Assembly: GCA_964466295.1 (NCBI GenBank)
Contig: CAYXRC010000004.1
Span: 56,677-88,676 of the forward strand
DNA: 32,000 nt
From: an uncultured Ruminococcus sp.
Lineage (GTDB): Bacteria > Bacillota > Clostridia > CAKSNL01 > HGM11501
Reading direction: 5' to 3'
The notes under the pieces were generated by a model. The model searched no databases. It was not told the DNA's origin and worked only from the letters and a program-made list of their open reading frames with translations. Position numbers and translations under genes: made by a program. This document shows positions 26,931 to 32,000 of this stretch, piece after piece (the first letter of the stretch is position 1; every line of letters begins with the position of its first letter).

Positions 26931-28529
26931 TTATCTTGCGTGTCTTGCATATTTAGGAAGAAGCAAGGGAGAGGTTTCGCCCGTTTCAATGCCCGCGTTT
27001 TCAAGCTCTTCGGCATATTTTTCAACATGTGACAGAGTAAGCTTTCCGAGGCTTATATCTTTAGCTCTCTTCGCCGCCGCCTTGCCTGCGTTTCTTCCGA
27101 ATACGATTATATCAAGCAGTGAATTTCCCATAAGACGGTTACGTCCGTGAATACCGCCTACCGCCTCGCCGGCAACAAGGAGGTTATCTATAACCTTAGT
27201 AAAGCCATCTCCGCCGATTTCAAGACCGCCGTTCTGATAATGAAGTGTGGGATATACCAAAATCGGCACTTTTCTCATATCTATATCATAGTTAAGATAC
27301 ATTCTCATCATTGCGGGAATTCTCTTTTCAATCGTGCCCTCCCCATGAAGAATTTCAATCATAGGAGTATCAAGCCATACGCCCGAGCCTAAAGGTGTTT
27401 CAACGCCTCTTCCGTTGGCACATTCACGGATAATTGCAGATGCAGAAACATCACGGGTTTCCAAGGGGTGAGCATAGGCTTCACCATCTTTATTTACAAG
27501 CATTGCTCCCAACGACCTTACCTTTTCCGTAACAAGCGCTCCGAAAATCTGTGCCGGGTAAGCTACGCCTGTGGGATGATACTGAATTGTATCCTGATAA
27601 AGTAAGGGTGCGCCGGCACGATAGCCCATTATAAGTCCGTCAGCCGTCGCCCCGTAGTGATTTGATGTGGGGAAATTATTGTAGTGAAGTCTTCCCGCTC
27701 CGCCGGTGGCGATAATTACGGTCTTTGCTCTTGCAACGAGATACTCGTCGGTTTCCATGTTAAGAAGCACGGCTCCGGCAACGTGACCCTCCTCGTCCTT
27801 TATAAGCTCCACAGCCGCAGTAAAGTCGGCTACGGGAATCTTTCTGTTTAACACCTCGTCACGAAGTGTTCTCATTATCTCGGCGCCGGAATAGTCCTTG
27901 CACGCATGCATTCTCTTTCTCGAGGTGCCGCCGCCGTGAGTAGTTACCATTTCGCCGTCCTTGGTTTTATCGAACATTACGCCCAGATTGCTAAGCCATG
28001 CTATTGCGTCGGGCGCTTCCATTACAAGACGTCTTAAAAGCTCGGGACGGGCGGCAAAATGTCCGCCTCCGAAAGCGTCAAGATAGTGTCTTTCGGGAGA
28101 ATCATTGGGCTTATCCGCCGCCTGAATTCCGCCCTCCGCCATCATGGTATTGGCGTCGCCTATACGGAGCTTTGTGACAATCATAACATTTGCTCCGGCT
28201 TCGGAGGCTTCTATTGCGGCAGAACAGCCTGCTCCGCCTCCGCCTATTACCAAAACGTCAACGTCGTAGTCAATTTTATTTAAGTCAATATCCACGCCCA
28301 AAATACGACTGTTTGACGATAAAAGCCTGCAAAGCTCCAAGGGAGCCTTTTCGCCCTTATTGGGTCCTATTTTGATTTCGCCGAAGCCCTCCGGTCTGTA
28401 ATCGGGATGATATGCTTTTAAGAGCTCGTCTTTCTCTTCTGCCGTCATACGTCTTGGCTCTGTCTTCATTCTTTCGCTTCTTGTCGCTTCAACTTTTTTA
28501 ATGGATTCAAGCATTTTTTCTGTAAACAT
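26931..28529 (-). CDS. FrdA/SdhA-like FAD flavoprotein (atypical: N-terminal extension, no covalent-FAD His, short C-terminus)
   Basis: VLVIGGGGAGCSAA dinucleotide fold, IIATGGAGR, IQYHPTG, PTLHYQNGGLEI and GEAVGGIHGRNRLMGNSLLD. RBS AAGGAGGG lies 5 nt upstream. Confidence 0.8.
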   Translation of the reverse strand: MFTEKMLESIKKVEATRSERMKTEPRRMTAEEKDELLKAYHPDYRPEGFGEIKIGPNKGEKAPLELCRLLSSNSRILGVDIDLNKIDYDVDVLVIGGGGAGCSAAIEASEAGANVMIVTKLRIGDANTMMAEGGIQAADKPNDSPERHYLDAFGGGHFAARPELLRRLVMEAPDAIAWLSNLGVMFDKTKDGEMVTTHGGGTSRKRMHACKDYSGAEIMRTLRDEVLNRKIPVADFTAAVELIKDEEGHVAGAVLLNMETDEYLVARAKTVIIATGGAGRLHYNNFPTSNHYGATADGLIMGYRAGAPLLYQDTIQYHPTGVAYPAQIFGALVTEKVRSLGAMLVNKDGEAYAHPLETRDVSASAIIRECANGRGVETPLGSGVWLDTPMIEILHGEGTIEKRIPAMMRMYLNYDIDMRKVPILVYPTLHYQNGGLEIGGDGFTKVIDNLLVAGEAVGGIHGRNRLMGNSLLDIIVFGRNAGKAAAKRAKDISLGKLTLSHVEKYAEELENAGIETGETSPLLLPKYARHAR

Positions 28530-28540
28530 ATTATCCCTCC

Positions 28541-29218
28541 TTATTTCTCTATATCACGGTTATTGTAAAGCTCCTGCATCTCTTCGATAGGTTTCTGCAT
28601 AATCTTTTCAATAAGCTCGTCAAATTTTCCGTGATTGATTTCGTCAACTCTCTCTTCAAGATGCTTGCACTCGGGAGCAATATATTTTCCGGTCAGTCTT
28701 CTTGCCAAAAGTCCTACCATGGGGTGGCTTATTCCGGCGGGACATCTTACCGAACAACAGCCGCAGCCTACGCAGTCAAAGGACTCCTCGGCGCATTTTT
28801 CAAACTCGCCTCTTTGCGCATAGGCGATATACTGCATTACGTTAAGGTTCTGTGTACACGCCTTTGTGCAGGCATTGCATCCGATACAGGAATATATCTC
28901 GGGATAAAGCTCCATCATAACCTTGGTTTCCGGTCTTATCTCTTCTATATCGTAGGTTCTTTTATCTATCGGGAAGAAAGGTATGCTTGCGATATACATT
29001 CCCTCCTCAACCTGGGTCTGACAGGCAAGGCAGGTCTTAAGCTCGTTCTTGCCCTTTATGCGGTATATGGTCGCACAGGCTCCGCAGAAGCCGTGACGGC
29101 AGCCGCAGCCTCTTTTTAAGGTGTAGCCGGCGTATTCCATAGCAGTCATTATAGTAAGGTCGGCAGGCACTTCATACTTCTTGCCGAATAAATATATATT
29201 TACCATATCTTTTTCCAT
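28541..29218 (-). CDS. SdhB/FrdB-like iron-sulfur subunit ([2Fe-2S] N-terminal domain plus two Cys4 cluster motifs)
   Basis: GCGCRHGFCGACATIY...CLAC, then CIGCNACTKAC and CVGCGCCSVRCP. The start is set at the ATG at 29218 (MEKDMVNIY), 9 nt after AAGGAG. The track's TTG at 29239 overlaps the upstream gene. Confidence 0.75.
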   Translation of the reverse strand: MEKDMVNIYLFGKKYEVPADLTIMTAMEYAGYTLKRGCGCRHGFCGACATIYRIKGKNELKTCLACQTQVEEGMYIASIPFFPIDKRTYDIEEIRPETKVMMELYPEIYSCIGCNACTKACTQNLNVMQYIAYAQRGEFEKCAEESFDCVGCGCCSVRCPAGISHPMVGLLARRLTGKYIAPECKHLEERVDEINHGKFDELIEKIMQKPIEEMQELYNNRDIEK

Positions 29219-29235
29219 AAAAGCATTCTCCTTTA

Positions 29236-30090
29236 TCAATATTCGTCCGGAAGCTCATCCACTTCGTCACAGCGGAATACCGGTCCGTCCTTGCATACGT
29301 ATTTGGAGCCTATATTGCATCTTCCGCACTTACCTACTCCGCATTTCATGCGAAGCTCAAGGGTAGTATATACCTGTTCCTTTGAAAAGCCCATTTCGGT
29401 AAGCCCCTGGAGCACGAACTTAATCATAATCGGGGGACCGCATATAAGCGCCGTTTTATCGGTTGAAAAGCCTATCTCCTTAAGATATGACGGTACGAAG
29501 CCCACATGACCGTCCCAGCCCTCCTGCTCTCTGTCTATGGTAAGGTATACGTTGGTATCCTTCTGCTTTGTCCACACTTCTTGTATCTCCTTAAGCTGAA
29601 CAAGGTCGTCCTTTGACCTGGAGCCGTACAATATATCAACCTTTCCGTAATCCTCGCGGTTATCGAAAACGTAGTTTATTACCGACCTTAAGGGAGCAAG
29701 ACCGATACCGCCGGCGATAAAGAGCAAATCCTTGCCCTTAAGCTTATCCTCTACGGGGAAGTGATTGCCGTACGGTCCTCTTACTGCGATTTCATCGCCC
29801 ACCGAAAGGCTGTGAAGGTATTCTGTGAGCATACCGCACTTTTTGATTGAAAACTCCTGATACTCCTTATTTGTGGGAGAAGAGGTGATTGAAAACATAC
29901 CCTCGCTTACGCCGGGTGCACAGAGCATTGCACACTGACCGGGCATATGCTCGAAAAGCTTTCCGCCCTCCGGAGCGTTTACCCTGAAGGTCTTAACGTC
30001 GGGAGTTTCTTCTCTTATATCAGTAATTATTCCCACCTTGGGAATGAGTACATCCTCTACATAATTTTTATGACAGGTACATTCACTCAT
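29236..30090 (-). CDS. FAD/NAD(P)-binding oxidoreductase with C-terminal [2Fe-2S] (AsrB / sulfhydrogenase gamma / PyrK-like)
   Basis: FNR-like fold: MFSITSSP (FAD), RGPYGNHF and LLFIAGGIGLAPLRS (NAD(P)). C-terminal CGVGKCGRCNIG...C cluster motif. Confidence 0.8.
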   Translation of the reverse strand: MSECTCHKNYVEDVLIPKVGIITDIREETPDVKTFRVNAPEGGKLFEHMPGQCAMLCAPGVSEGMFSITSSPTNKEYQEFSIKKCGMLTEYLHSLSVGDEIAVRGPYGNHFPVEDKLKGKDLLFIAGGIGLAPLRSVINYVFDNREDYGKVDILYGSRSKDDLVQLKEIQEVWTKQKDTNVYLTIDREQEGWDGHVGFVPSYLKEIGFSTDKTALICGPPIMIKFVLQGLTEMGFSKEQVYTTLELRMKCGVGKCGRCNIGSKYVCKDGPVFRCDEVDELPDEY

Positions 30091-31120
30091 TTTGTCCGCC
30101 CTCCTTGGAAAATGCTTTTATTACCTTGACAATATTAAGCGACGACGGGCAGCTGTCCACACACCGTCCGCATCCCACACAGGAGAACACTCCGCCGTTA
30201 TTGACGGGGAAATACTGAAGCTTGTGCATAAATCTCTGGCGGAAGCGCTGCATCTGGCTCGTTCTGTTATTGCCGTGCGCCATCATGGTAAAATCGGAAT
30301 ACATGCAAGAGTCCCAGCAACGGTAACGCTCTATCTTACTGCCCGTATTATAGTCCTTTATATCGTAGCACTGACAGGTGGGGCATGAAAAGGTGCATGT
30401 ACCGCAGCCTAAGCAGGGAGAGTAAAGCTTTTCCCACAAGGGGGAATTAAAAATCTCCTCCGTCTTTTCGTTATGTCCCCACATATCAAGAGAAAGGTCT
30501 GCATAAGGAAGCTTTTTAAGCGTTTCTTCCGTAGCCTTCTTCTGAGCTTCAACCGCCGCAGAGTCAGACTCCTCCAAAAGAGAGGATATGCTTTCCAAAA
30601 ACGCCTTTCCCTTTTCGGTCGCCGCCTCAAAGTAAACGTTTTCGTCGTCTATCCACATTGCAGCGTCCGCCGACGGCTCTCCGGGCTTTATGCCGAAAAC
30701 CGTGCAGAAGCACGAGGCCTCCGGATAGCGGCAGGCAAGAGAAACGATTGTTCCGTGCTCTCGTCTTGCCTCATAGAAGGTATCCTTAGGCTCGGACAAA
30801 AACACCTTGTCCAAAACCTCAATACCTGCCACGTCGCAGGGCTTAATTCCCATAAGGACGAACTCCCTGTCCTTAAGCTTTTCAGGCTCGATTTTTATTT
30901 TTCCGCCGTTTTCAAGGCAGGTATATAAAGTTTCGCTCTGAGGGAAGAATACGTCCTTTGCGGACTTTACGGTTTTTAAGGTTTCAAAATCAACTTCCGA
31001 ATCGGCGGTGTATAAGGCGAAATTTGTCTTATCCGCTTCTCTTACGGGAAGATAAAGCTCCTCTTTCTCGGAAATAAGGGCAAAGAGCTTATAAAGATTT
31101 TCTTTTTTCATTTTTTTCAT
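30083..31120 (-). CDS. 4Fe-4S dicluster protein (AsrA / sulfhydrogenase beta-like)
   Basis: IKPCDVAGI, CRYPEASCFC, CLGCGTCTFSCPTCQC, RCWDSC and CVGCGRCVDSCP. 8-nt overlap with the downstream gene. Confidence 0.75.
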   Translation of the reverse strand: MKKMKKENLYKLFALISEKEELYLPVREADKTNFALYTADSEVDFETLKTVKSAKDVFFPQSETLYTCLENGGKIKIEPEKLKDREFVLMGIKPCDVAGIEVLDKVFLSEPKDTFYEARREHGTIVSLACRYPEASCFCTVFGIKPGEPSADAAMWIDDENVYFEAATEKGKAFLESISSLLEESDSAAVEAQKKATEETLKKLPYADLSLDMWGHNEKTEEIFNSPLWEKLYSPCLGCGTCTFSCPTCQCYDIKDYNTGSKIERYRCWDSCMYSDFTMMAHGNNRTSQMQRFRQRFMHKLQYFPVNNGGVFSCVGCGRCVDSCPSSLNIVKVIKAFSKEGGQNE

Positions 31121-31128
31121 CTCTGCTC

Positions 31129-32000
31129 TTACCTCCTTTCTCCGGGCTCTAAATCTTCAAACTGATAGCTTGTCAAGGGTCCTTTATCCTCTGCGTTTTC
31201 GCCTGCAACATATTCTCCGTAATACGAGTCTATATCCTTTATAAACTTTTTGTTGAAAAGGTGAAGAGGTATTCCCTGTGGACATACTCTTGAACATTCT
31301 CCGCAGTCGGTGCATCTTCCGGCAACGTGGAAGGACCTTATAATGTGGAACATTTTCTCCTCAAAGGAATCGGTATTTGCCTTCTGAGAGCTGTCAAACT
31401 GATTGCCGTCAAACACGCATTTGCGGCAGCTGCACGCAGGACATACGTTACGGCATGCGTTACACCTTATGCACTTTGAAAGCTCGCTCTTAAAGAAAGC
31501 GAAGCGCTCCTCGGGAGTCATTTTTTCAATTTTTTCTACCTCGTCAAACCGTCCCTCTTTAGCTGTATCCTTGCTTTCTCCGATTATTTCGTCGTAAACC
31601 TTATGCTCCTTGCCCTTGCACATACGGCATCTTGACAATATAGCGTCGGAATACTTCATTTCGCCGGAGCCGTATAAGGTTTCGACGGTAAGATCAGAGT
31701 CGGAAAACTCTTCGGCGCCGCCTACGGCGGTAATGCCCTTAAATCCGTTTTCCTTTATTTTATTCATATCTATTTTGCCCCGACATCCTACGCCGATTAT
31801 ATAAGCCTTATCACGATCCACCCTATGCTCTTTTATAAGCTGATTAAAGCTATAGGTATCGCAGGGCTTTAAGAATACCAAGGTCTTACCCTCTTTTTTG
31901 GAGGCTTCTATCATGAATTTGCTAAGGTTAGCGCCGCAAAAGCCGTTATAAACGAAGGACTCCAAATCCTTTTCGTTTTCAAAATAGGCAGGCTCCGGAT
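31129..32000 (-). CDS. Second Cys-rich Fe-S protein, related in layout to the AsrA/HydB-like subunit (5' end beyond the window)
   Basis: The frame stays open upstream of the track's TTG at 31965 (..PEPAYFENEKDLESFVYNG..). Motifs: LKPCDTYS, CRMCKGKEH, CIRCNACRNVCPACSCRKC and CTDCGECSRVCP. Confidence 0.6.
   Translation of the reverse strand, partial: PEPAYFENEKDLESFVYNGFCGANLSKFMIEASKKEGKTLVFLKPCDTYSFNQLIKEHRVDRDKAYIIGVGCRGKIDMNKIKENGFKGITAVGGAEEFSDSDLTVETLYGSGEMKYSDAILSRCRMCKGKEHKVYDEIIGESKDTAKEGRFDEVEKIEKMTPEERFAFFKSELSKCIRCNACRNVCPACSCRKCVFDGNQFDSSQKANTDSFEEKMFHIIRSFHVAGRCTDCGECSRVCPQGIPLHLFNKKFIKDIDSYYGEYVAGENAEDKGPLTSYQFEDLEPGERR

Noticed and set aside
26931-29218. Flavoprotein and Fe-S pair considered as L-aspartate oxidase (NadB), APS reductase (AprAB) or classical membrane QFR/SDH.
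   Set aside because: - NadB has no dedicated SdhB-like partner.
- AprB is a small ferredoxin-like protein without a [2Fe-2S] domain, and there are no sulfate-activation genes nearby.
- No anchor subunits are present for QFR/SDH.
- The fumarase and C4-type transporter context favours fumarate.

Substrate identity remains unproven.
1-32000. Search for defence systems, CRISPR repeats, toxin-antitoxin pairs, integrases/transposases, prophage genes, tRNA/rRNA genes and riboswitch-like leaders.
   Set aside because: I found no regularly spaced repeats, recombinase motifs or small paired ORFs. Apart from the features listed, the intergenic regions are short. The window is core-genome-like apart from the 21-32 kb segment.

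Overview
Chromosomal window from a moderately AT-rich Firmicutes/Clostridia-like genome (AGGAGG-type RBSs, TTG/GTG starts, SLH and CsaB genes). All calls come from reading the translations and motifs by eye; no searches were run. No rRNA, tRNA, CRISPR array, transposase or phage gene was seen.

Layout:
1. 1-7.2 kb, cell-envelope locus. A tightly coupled minus-strand operon carries a murJ-like flippase, a large DUF5693-like polytopic membrane protein and the pyruvyl transferase csaB (truncated by the window edge). A secreted 905-aa phosphodiester-glycosidase multidomain protein is transcribed divergently from it.
2. 7.3-8.4 kb, recA. It has a consensus sigmaA promoter flanked by two Cheo/LexA-type boxes.
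3. 8.5-20.8 kb, a streamlined minus-strand dcw cluster: mraZ-rsmH-ftsL-PBP(2 PASTA)-murE-mraY-ftsW-murG-murA-ftsQ-ftsZ. It has MraZ-box-like direct repeats in its leader. It lacks murF, murD, murC/murB/ddl and ftsA.
4. 21-24.2 kb, plus strand: a VanZ-like protein, an SLH-domain wall protein, a PanE/ApbA-family reductase, and a decayed AraC-family remnant on the minus strand.
5. 24.3-32 kb, one long minus-strand redox/C4-dicarboxylate operon that continues past the window end. It encodes two AsrA/HydB-like Fe-S proteins, an AsrB/HydG-like FAD/NAD(P)-[2Fe-2S] protein, an SdhB/FrdB-like Fe-S protein, an atypical FrdA/SdhA-like flavoprotein, a minimal AAEx-family transporter and a two-subunit class I fumarase.

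The most interesting candidate is this last operon: an anchor-less fumarate-reductase-like module wired to a sulfhydrogenase/Flx-like NAD(P)H module. I cannot match it to a characterised enzyme complex. The second candidate is the murJ-DUF5693-csaB operon.
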